From an uncultured Acidimicrobiaceae bacterium (GTDB taxonomy: Bacteria > Actinomycetota > Acidimicrobiia > Acidimicrobiales > SZUA-35), in the NCBI GenBank assembly GCA_964551835.1, contig CAZKEM010000054.1:7615-71614 (forward strand): 64,000 bases of DNA, in the 5' to 3' direction. Position 1 is the first letter of the stretch, and every line of letters begins with the position of its first letter. A program made the translations under genes and the position numbers. The notes under the pieces are model-generated. The model saw only the letters and a program-made list of their open reading frames with translations, was not told the DNA's origin and did not search any database. Below, piece after piece: positions 52,512 through 60,029 of this stretch.

Positions 52512-53401
52512 GCTGGCTTAAGTTCATTCTCGATAAACCCGCTACCCCCGAAGGGGTTGAGCAGCGAAACGAACAACCAACGACGGGCGTCTACTACGAC
52601 ACTGAGTGGTCGAACGGCAAAGCCGCAAGGTTGGTCCGCGCGGTCAGCGTTTGGGGGTTCATGAAACCCGCGATCGGCCTGTATGGGTCACCAAAGGTAA
52701 TCGGTGCCGACAGGCTGGAAGAAGTCGATGGGCCGGTCGTTTTTGCATCTAATCACCACAGCCACGCCGACACGACGCTGCTGCTGGCAACAATCCCGTC
52801 CCACCTCCGCCAAGATCTAGCCATCGCAGCTGGAGCGGACTATTTCTTTAACAACCGAGTGACTTCGGTTCTTTCAACACTATTCCTGGGAGCGATTCCG
52901 ATCGAACGCACCCGACTTTCCAAGTTGTCCATCAAAAACACCGAATCTGCCCTTGACGCAGGTCGATCGTTGTTGATTTTCCCCGAAGGTGGCAGGAGTA
53001 ACGACGGCTGGGCGGGGGAACACCAGCCCGGAGCTGCGTTCGTCGCCAAGCGCAAAAACGTTCCAATTGTACCGGTTTACATTGACGGCACGGGATCAGT
53101 CCTGCCTAAGGGAAGTAACTGGCCCACCAGGGCCAAATGTGCCGTGGTATTCGGCGCACCGATGACGATTTCGGACGACGAAAACCCGCGAGAGATCGCC
53201 AAGAAGGTAGAGTCCCGGGTCGCCGAACTGGCACATGAGTTTAGTGTCGGCTGGTGGGAAGCTAAGAAGCAGTCATACCGGGACCAGACACCAGACGAAA
53301 AAGGACCTGATGCGGGCGCTTGGAGGCGTAGGTGGGCCCTCGGTCCGAAACCGTCGGAGAAGCGCAACTCCCCTTCGAAACGCCGGTGGCCTAAGGTCTA
53401 G
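52508..53401 (+). CDS. PlsC-type lysophospholipid acyltransferase
   Basis: NHHSHAD, AAGADYFF, IFPEGGRS, VPIVPV; ATGA overlap. Confidence 0.92.
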   Translation: MSWLKFILDKPATPEGVEQRNEQPTTGVYYDTEWSNGKAARLVRAVSVWGFMKPAIGLYGSPKVIGADRLEEVDGPVVFASNHHSHADTTLLLATIPSHLRQDLAIAAGADYFFNNRVTSVLSTLFLGAIPIERTRLSKLSIKNTESALDAGRSLLIFPEGGRSNDGWAGEHQPGAAFVAKRKNVPIVPVYIDGTGSVLPKGSNWPTRAKCAVVFGAPMTISDDENPREIAKKVESRVAELAHEFSVGWWEAKKQSYRDQTPDEKGPDAGAWRRRWALGPKPSEKRNSPSKRRWPKV

Positions 53402-53552
53402 ACACCGATGAACATTAGGGTCCACCAGGTCACGTAACGGACATACATCTTTGTCATTGCGTCTACTCGACGACGAACCTACCGGGTTCGACTCGTTACT
53501 GTAACCCTCAGGGGTGACGTCCGATACCCCCGACAAGTATTCCCGCGTGACT

Positions 53553-53578
53553 GCATCTACATTGCTTGAACGGCCGAA
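53553..53578 (+). promoter_or_regulatory. SigK-like ECF sigma promoter
   Basis: GCATCT-N15-CCGAA upstream of an MPT70/83-like gene, close to the mycobacterial SigK consensus CCATCC-N15-CCGAA as I recall it. Confidence 0.5.
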
Positions 53579-53615
53579 AGACCGTGCGTAGACAGACATA
53601 ACAATGGAGAGACAC

Positions 53616-54230
53616 ATGAAGAGTAAAATGCTTGCCCGTTCGATTGGAGCAGCCCTAGCTGTTTCACTTATTGCCAGCGCTTGCGCTGGAGACGAAGAAT
53701 CAGCGGTCACGACAGCCGCTGATACTGGCGACACCACCGGAACCACGACTGGGTTACCAGCAGATACAGAGCCAGAAGCCACCGACACCACGGTTGCCGA
53801 GGCAGAAGTTGGAAACATTGTTGAGGTTGCTCAAGGTAACGATGACTTCTCGATTCTCGTTGAAGCTGTTGTTGCAGCTGACTTGGTTGAGGATCTAAGC
53901 GCTGACGGTGAGCTCACCGTTTTCGCTCCGACCAATGACGCATTCGAAGCATTCCTAACTGAAAATGATACGACCAAAGATGAACTTCTCGCTCGAGAAG
54001 ATCTAGCCGACATCCTCCTGTTCCACGTCTTAGGCGTTGAGGTTGACGGTGCAGCCGCCACCACGGCTGCCGAAGGTGCAGAATCAGTAGCGACTCTTCA
54101 GGGCGGAGAGCTTGCTCTTTCTCTCGACGGTGACGCCATTAAAGTTGGCGAAGCCACGGTCGTAACTGCCGACGATGAAGCTAGCAACGGCGTCATCCAC
54201 GCCATCGACACGGTTCTTATCCCAGCATAG
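53616..54230 (+). CDS. Fasciclin (FAS1) lipoprotein, MPT70/MPT83-like
   Basis: Lipobox IASAC; LTVFAPTNDAF, ILLFHV, ASNGVIHAIDTVLIP; SD GGAGAG before ATG 53616. Confidence 0.93.
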   Translation: MKSKMLARSIGAALAVSLIASACAGDEESAVTTAADTGDTTGTTTGLPADTEPEATDTTVAEAEVGNIVEVAQGNDDFSILVEAVVAADLVEDLSADGELTVFAPTNDAFEAFLTENDTTKDELLAREDLADILLFHVLGVEVDGAAATTAAEGAESVATLQGGELALSLDGDAIKVGEATVVTADDEASNGVIHAIDTVLIPA

Positions 54231-54250
54231 TATCTACGACATAGTAAAGA

Positions 54251-54287
54251 GACGAAGGGCGTATCCGACAAAGATGCGCCCTTCGTC
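54251..54287 (+). terminator. 15-bp stem hairpin after the fasciclin gene
   Basis: GACGAAGGGCGTATC-CGACAAA-GATGCGCCCTTCGTC with one G-U pair. Confidence 0.7.
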
Positions 54288-54312
54288 GCGCCTGGTCTCT
54301 ACTATTGTCCTC

Positions 54313-55098
54313 ATGGGCATTACGGACAGGCAGCCAAGATGGCAGGTAGTTCTAGGAGCGGCAGCTCTAGCTCTTCTCGTTCTGCCCACCATCGCCCTTC
54401 TTACACAAGCTCCCTGGTCCGATGCTCTAGGCTTGGTCACTGATTCCCAGTCGCTACAGGCACTTAGAGTTTCGATTGTTGTCAGTCTGGGCGCTGCGGC
54501 CTTGGCGACCTTGTTTGGGATTCCGTTGGCACTCGTACTTACCCGTACAACGTCGAGGGCAGTCTCATTCTTGCGGACGGCAGTGGTTATACCTCTCATC
54601 CTTCCACCCGTGGCTACCGGGGTCGGACTCTTGGCTGCCTTCGGACGTCTTGGCCTAACCGGTCGTCTCTTTGGGTTTGGCCTCGCCAACACCACCCTCG
54701 GGGCAATTCTTGCCTCCACGGTTGCCGCCATGCCCTTCCTAGTCTTATCGGTCGAAGGTGGACTCCGAGACGTCGACAACGGCTATTGCGACGTGGCGAC
54801 CGGCCTCGGCGCTACTCCGAACCAGAAACTGTGGCATGTCACGCTTCCGCTAGCTCGTCGGTCAATTTTGGCGGGCGTCGTGTTGGCGTGGGCACGGGCC
54901 TTAGGCGAATTCGGAGCGACGATCACGTTCGCAGGAAATATCGAGGGAGTAACCCGAACCCTTCCCCTTCAAATCGCGCTCTCACTCGAACAAGACCGAG
55001 GTCAGGCACTCGTCTTGAGTCTCTTGATGATCTTCATTTCGTTGGTCGTCTTGTTTGCTCTCAGACGAACCTGGTTTCACCCGATCGGGGCGAGTTAG
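54313..55098 (+). CDS. modB: Molybdate ABC transporter permease
   Basis: PLILPPVATG, AMPFLV, WARALGEFGATITFAGNIEG.TRTLP; TACTAT -10 box 7 nt before ATG 54313. Confidence 0.9.
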   Translation: MGITDRQPRWQVVLGAAALALLVLPTIALLTQAPWSDALGLVTDSQSLQALRVSIVVSLGAAALATLFGIPLALVLTRTTSRAVSFLRTAVVIPLILPPVATGVGLLAAFGRLGLTGRLFGFGLANTTLGAILASTVAAMPFLVLSVEGGLRDVDNGYCDVATGLGATPNQKLWHVTLPLARRSILAGVVLAWARALGEFGATITFAGNIEGVTRTLPLQIALSLEQDRGQALVLSLLMIFISLVVLFALRRTWFHPIGAS

Positions 55099-55367
55099 AG
55101 AAATCGCCCAAGGTTCAACAACACGGTCAGGACGACCGAGGCGATCAACATAACCTTCCACGGGAAGAATACCTTGACGCCCCCGGACGAACTCTGCCGG
55201 CCTGTTTCCTTCCCCACGGGCCTGCTCATTGAGGCGACGTCTTGCATCCGTCGATGCAATTTGGCCTCAGCCTTGCGGGTCGCGTTGGGGAACAGGCGCG
55301 GTACAACATTCAACACGAAGGTGAACCCCAGCGACAGAACCAACGAAGTCAGCAGAAAGTCTTTCAA
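55095..55367 (-). CDS. Small two-TM membrane protein
   Basis: SLVLSLGFTFVLN ... VKVFFPWKVMLIASVVLTVLLN; GGAG SD. Confidence 0.7.
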   Translation of the reverse strand: MKDFLLTSLVLSLGFTFVLNVVPRLFPNATRKAEAKLHRRMQDVASMSRPVGKETGRQSSSGGVKVFFPWKVMLIASVVLTVLLNLGRFL

Positions 55368-55415
55368 CGTGGCCTACTCCTATTAGGTGGCGCAGCTATA
55401 CGGCCCAAACTTGGG

Positions 55416-55925
55416 TTATGAGATCGCGTCGATCGCGGCGTCGTAGTCCGGTTCGTCGGCTACCTCCGAGACCAGCTCGCTATAGACGACCTGACCGTCC
55501 GGGTCTATCGCAACGACAGCCCGCGCGCAGAGACCTTGAAGTGGACCGTCGGTCATCGAAACGCCGTAGCTTTCTAGAAACTCCGGGTTCTTGAAAGTTG
55601 AGGCTGTCTGAACATTTTCGATATTCTCAGCTCCACAAAAACGACCTTGCGCAAACGGAAGATCCGCCGAAACGCAAAGCACAGCTGTGTTATCAAGCTG
55701 GGCCGCGCGCTCGTTGAACGCTCGGACACTCGATGCGCACGTTGGTGTATCGACACTAGGAAAAATATTGAGTAACAAGTTCTGACCACCAAAGTCAGCT
55801 TTGGACACTGGTCCGAGATCTTTGTTTGTAAGGCAAAAATCAGGAGCGGGGCCAGATGTGGGCACTGCACCGGCAGTGTGGATAGGGTCTCCGCCAAGTG
55901 AGATTTGGGCCATTGGTCTTCTCAT
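55416..55925 (-). CDS. tpx: Thiol peroxidase (atypical 2-Cys peroxiredoxin)
   Basis: NIFPSVDTPTCASSVRAFN, SADLPFAQGRFCG, EPDYDAA; the start may be ATG 55913. Confidence 0.96.
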   Translation of the reverse strand: MRRPMAQISLGGDPIHTAGAVPTSGPAPDFCLTNKDLGPVSKADFGGQNLLLNIFPSVDTPTCASSVRAFNERAAQLDNTAVLCVSADLPFAQGRFCGAENIENVQTASTFKNPEFLESYGVSMTDGPLQGLCARAVVAIDPDGQVVYSELVSEVADEPDYDAAIDAIS

Positions 55926-56032
55926 TTCTAGTAGCGTTTAACGCCTTTGACCATAGCGCGATTCGCCGGGAGAGATTCAACTTCGCCGTAACTTAGTCGG
56001 CAGTCCTGGCCCATCTGAACTAGTCGACGTAG

Positions 56033-56673
56033 CCGTCGGGACCTTCCGCGACAACCACCGATGCTTACGCTCCGAATCTGGACCCCGACGGCAACCCAAT
56101 CGAGGTTGAAGCCACCGACGATAGCCATTACGTCGGCGCCGGGCCAGGTATCGACATCGAAAGGCGACCAACGGTTCTGACTCCGACACCGCCCCAGGCG
56201 AAAACATACAAACCGGCGACCCCGTCACCTGGACTTATGTGGTTGAAAACACTGGCAACACGGCTCTTGCTGACGCCACCATCACCGATGACCATGGGGT
56301 CACCGTCGACCGCGATATCGACGGCGACGGAACCCTTTACGGAACCAACGCAATCCCATTCCTACTACCGGGTGCATCAGTTACCTGCGAAGGTAGCGGA
56401 ACCTCTGTCGGTGGACCGTACACCAACAACGCCACCGTCACCGGTAACCCGATCATGCCCGACTTCGAAACCTGTGGCTGCGACCCCGAAAAACCAGAGA
56501 CCTGGCCCGAGGACCCAACCGCATATGTGGCACTACTCGGCAGCGACGGCGAACCCGTCGACCCGGTCACTGACCAAGACCCGTCAAACTACACCGGGAC
56601 CCAACAGATATCGGGAACCATCCTCGGCGCCACCCTCACTATCACCGGACGCCGCAAACGCCAAACAACTTAG
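56033..56673 (+). pseudogene. Frameshifted remnant of a repeat-domain (DUF11/DUF7507-like) surface protein
   Basis: One frame reads ...IEVEATDDSHYVGAGPGIDI(E); a base is missing at 56159-56161; the next frame reads KATNGSDSDTAPG...VTWTYVVENTGN...YTNNATVTG...DPSNYTG. No signal peptide. Confidence 0.75.
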
Positions 56674-56782
56674 CCAACCGCAACACGCCAAAATGGCGGC
56701 GTTGCATCTCAACATAAAAGGTGGTCGAACGACCAGTTCCACATTCCCAGGCGACGATCGTTTTGACGCTACGCTTGAAAGC

Positions 56783-57967
56783 GTGTCAGAAAAACACTCA
56801 ATGCTCATTCGGTTATCTGGACCTGACAAGCCAGGCATTGCGGCTGCTCTATTCGACCTACTCTCGCATCATGAAGCGACTCTTCAAGACGTTGAACAAA
56901 TTACGATCCGTGGCCATCTCACCCTCGGCGTGGTAGTCGCCGATTGTAAATGGGCTGACATCCAACGAGATCTTTTGATGTTCGGCTACGACCGAGAAAT
57001 CGCGGTCGACTTTGAAGAGGTTTCATCGACATCGACAACTACAAGGCAGGGGCTTGTTGCGACACTCATTGGAAACACTATCGACCCTTCCGAGTTCAGC
57101 GCATTCGCTTCGGTCATAGCAGCCGAAGGGGGCAACATTCGACGGATAGTCCGCCTGGCTCAATACCCGGTTATGGCGTTCGAATTGTTGATTTCTGGTG
57201 CTGATACAGAAAAGATGCGGTTGGCTAGCCTGCAGCTTGGTCAAGATATGCGCTGCGACGTCGCTGTCCACCACCGCGGAATCGGTCGAAGAGCGGCCCG
57301 TTTGGTCGTTCTCGATGTAGATTCAACCCTAATCCAGGACGAAGCGGTCGAGTTACTCGCTAAAGAGGCGGACTGCCTCGAGCAAGTTAAGAAAATCACC
57401 GACCAGGCAATGGCTGGCGAGCTCGACTTTGCAGAGTCGTTGGAGGCTCGTGTCGCCCTTCTCGCTGGGCTCGAGGCCGAAGCCCTCGACAGAGTCAAGT
57501 ATCAGATCACGCTGACTCGAGGAGCTCGCACCTTTATGCGCACGCTGCGACGTCTCGGCTATCGAACCGGTATTGTCTCTGGTGGCTTTACGTGCATTAC
57601 CGATCACCTAAGCGGCGAGCTGTCGATTGACCATTCGTTAGCTAACACCCTTGAGGTCGTCGACGGTAAACTTACTGGCAGAATCAGCGGTGAGATTGTC
57701 GATCGAGCGAGGAAGGCTCAGTTCGTCCGAGAAATATCTGCCGCCGAAAAGATCCCTCTGGATCAGGTCGTTGCCATCGGCGACGGAGCCAACGACCTGG
57801 ACATGCTAAATGTGGCTGGTCTCGGCATTGCATTCAATGCTAAACCAGTCGTTCGCAAGGCTGCCGACACCACGGTCAACGTACCGTACCTTGATGCCGT
57901 CCTGTTTGTTCTCGGGGTTAGTCGCGACGATATCGAAGATGCTGACACTAAGAATTCCGAGGCTTAG
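56783..57967 (+). CDS. serB: Phosphoserine phosphatase with two ACT domains
   Basis: SGPDKPG, LDVDSTLIQDE, AMAGELDF, VSGGF, GDGANDL, AFNAKP; TACGCT -10 box 7 nt before GTG 56783. Confidence 0.96.
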   Translation: MSEKHSMLIRLSGPDKPGIAAALFDLLSHHEATLQDVEQITIRGHLTLGVVVADCKWADIQRDLLMFGYDREIAVDFEEVSSTSTTTRQGLVATLIGNTIDPSEFSAFASVIAAEGGNIRRIVRLAQYPVMAFELLISGADTEKMRLASLQLGQDMRCDVAVHHRGIGRRAARLVVLDVDSTLIQDEAVELLAKEADCLEQVKKITDQAMAGELDFAESLEARVALLAGLEAEALDRVKYQITLTRGARTFMRTLRRLGYRTGIVSGGFTCITDHLSGELSIDHSLANTLEVVDGKLTGRISGEIVDRARKAQFVREISAAEKIPLDQVVAIGDGANDLDMLNVAGLGIAFNAKPVVRKAADTTVNVPYLDAVLFVLGVSRDDIEDADTKNSEA

Positions 57968-57983
57968 ACCCTACGAGCGTTAC

Positions 57984-58412
57984 CTAATCTACGGCCGTTA
58001 AGGCAACGTCGTCGGTCGTCAACCGCGATAATGCGTCGGTGAACCACCGGGGACTTCGGGTAGGTTTACCGGCCTTGTTAACCGTTACCCCGACTACCAC
58101 CGCCGTAGTGATAACCTTCTCGCCGCAAAGGATACGTTGGGACCATTGGGTGGTAGCCCGACGATTCTGGGTGCCTTCAGACGTTTCAACTATCAGCCGG
58201 TCACCGGCAGAGGCAGGTGCCTTATAGTTCACTTCTATTGATGTAATAAACACTCGGATACCGCGTTCGCTGAGCGACTCCAGCGGCACCCCACACCATT
58301 GAAGGGCTTCTGCGCGACCAACCTCGAAATAGGTTACGTAGCTGGCGTGGTTAACGTGGTTGTTAGGGTCGAGTTCATTGAAGCGAACGTTGACGATGCA
58401 TCGATGAGCCAT
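57984..58412 (-). CDS. 4HBT-like acyl-CoA thioesterase
   Basis: VRFNELDPNNHVNHASYVTYFEVGR. Confidence 0.92.
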   Translation of the reverse strand: MAHRCIVNVRFNELDPNNHVNHASYVTYFEVGRAEALQWCGVPLESLSERGIRVFITSIEVNYKAPASAGDRLIVETSEGTQNRRATTQWSQRILCGEKVITTAVVVGVTVNKAGKPTRSPRWFTDALSRLTTDDVALTAVD

Positions 58413-58485
58413 CGGCGTCTACCATATCGTTACGGGTGGGACATCAAGCGAAGGTCACGGTCAAACGTCGTGGCAGAATAGGTTC

Positions 58486-59085
58486 ATGACCTACGAGACT
58501 GGCAGCTCATCTGCCTTAACGCCACTCCAGCGACAAATCTATGATTCGGCCAACCACCGATACGCTGCTAAACACTTTTCTACGGCGTCAGTTGAGATAG
58601 TCGATTCCGAACCCAGCCACTACGAACCCATCAAGGGATTGAGTCTCCGGGCGTACGAACCCGTGGTCCCAACCATGTACTCGGACGGATATTCCGAGCA
58701 ACTGACCGACATCGAAGGCCGCGCCAAGAGCGCCAAAATATATACCGCCTTGTTGAATGGCCATATCGTTGGAACCATCACCTATGTCAAAGAGAGCTCG
58801 AGCCCATTGCACGTCTTTGCGGACACGTCGGCCGTGTACCTACGTTACCTGGCCGTCGACCCGTCAGCCCACCGGTTAGGGGCTGGCAGACTTCTAACCG
58901 AACGATGCCTTGACGAGGCCGTAGCCGACCAAATGCCTGCGGTCGGTTTACACACACTGCCAGCTATGTCAGCGGCAATGGGGTTATATAAGTCGTTGGG
59001 GTTCGTTCGAAGCAAACCCAACGATGGGTTAACCCACGTGGGCTATCACGGCGAAGCGCCGGCGTTTATCAAGACGTTGCCTTAA
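58486..59085 (+). CDS. GNAT acetyltransferase
   Basis: LRYLAVDPSAHRLGAGRLL, LHT, AMGLYKSLGF. Confidence 0.88.
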   Translation: MTYETGSSSALTPLQRQIYDSANHRYAAKHFSTASVEIVDSEPSHYEPIKGLSLRAYEPVVPTMYSDGYSEQLTDIEGRAKSAKIYTALLNGHIVGTITYVKESSSPLHVFADTSAVYLRYLAVDPSAHRLGAGRLLTERCLDEAVADQMPAVGLHTLPAMSAAMGLYKSLGFVRSKPNDGLTHVGYHGEAPAFIKTLP

Positions 59086-59780
59086 CGCTTGCTCCAGCAA
59101 CTCTCGCTGGCTTTCCATGGCTTCGTCCCATCTGCCTGCCACGTTATTACCGCGGCCTCATCTTGTTGGGCCGGGGATGCTTGGTCAGCCGTTGACACAC
59201 CGTACCGTTCGGCATGGCCGTAGGCTCTCCAGCTCCCGGTCAGGAACTGGTACCCGCCAGCCGCCGTCGAATTTGGGTTCTTCGCGGTGTAGTTGTCTGT
59301 CGATTCGCAGAACCTGATTTTTAGCATTACGGGCGGAACTAGAACGCCGTTTCCGGCGTCAACAAAGTCCTCTTCGCCTACCACGGGCTCTGGAGCGGGG
59401 ACTGGCTCAGCAGCGGTCGGTTCGGGCGCCGGAGTCGGCTCGGGGGTCGCAGTCGTCGGAGGAACCGTGGTCGTGGTTGTGGCAATTCCAAGTCCGGCCG
59501 CTTGACCAGGGGCTGCTGGTTGGTCCAACAAATTCTCATCTTGTGATTCGGCTATTTCGGGACCACTCGGTTCATCAGCAGTTGGCTCTTCAGATCCGTC
59601 TTCCCCAGATTCTTGAGAAACGCGTTCCGAGGCTTCAGCCGATGCCGAAACCGTACGTTCGCCTGGTCCGTATTTGTTTATCGCAACCATGGTTACGAGC
59701 AAAGCCAGAACCGCAACCAAGCCAAGGAGAATGAACGAAAGCTTCCGATCATCCTGCAATTTGAGTAGAAACTCGTTCAT
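59082..59780 (-). CDS. Membrane-anchored resuscitation-promoting factor (Rpf) transglycosylase
   Basis: N-terminal TM, Pro/Thr/Glu linker, C-terminal CESTDNY...GGYQF...W...ASPAQQD...PW..C. Confidence 0.88.
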   Translation of the reverse strand: MNEFLLKLQDDRKLSFILLGLVAVLALLVTMVAINKYGPGERTVSASAEASERVSQESGEDGSEEPTADEPSGPEIAESQDENLLDQPAAPGQAAGLGIATTTTTVPPTTATPEPTPAPEPTAAEPVPAPEPVVGEEDFVDAGNGVLVPPVMLKIRFCESTDNYTAKNPNSTAAGGYQFLTGSWRAYGHAERYGVSTADQASPAQQDEAAVITWQADGTKPWKASESCWSKR

Positions 59781-60029
59781 TTTAGTACCGCCTTGCAGCC
59801 CTCACCACAAACCAAATCCTTGATTCCTAGCCGCATAAAGATTGTCAGTTCTTATATTTCGTTGGTTAATAGGGAACTGCATTACGAAACCATTACCAAC
59901 CCATGGTGACGATGTTCATACTTGTCACTGTAGCTAGATGGTAGACGTTTGAACTATCACTACGCGTTCAACCACGTCCTAGCCAGAAGTCATGCCATTT
60001 TGGGGGCATTGAGCCGTACGCTTAGGGCT

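Noticed and set aside
53470-53496. GGTTCGACTC resembling a tRNA T-loop
   Set aside because: No cloverleaf can be built; it is one arm of a simple CGAACC/GGTTCG hairpin
56237-56782. Apparent long Pro/Thr-rich N-terminal fusion on SerB
   Set aside because: It is an off-frame read of the adhesin relic; SerB homology and a leaderless -10 box start at 56783
59781-59948. c-di-AMP (ydaO) riboswitch, often found before actinobacterial rpf genes
   Set aside because: The conserved GAAUC...GGAAC..GGGGA...AACCCGUCAGCUAAC elements are not visible; an Infernal scan would be decisive
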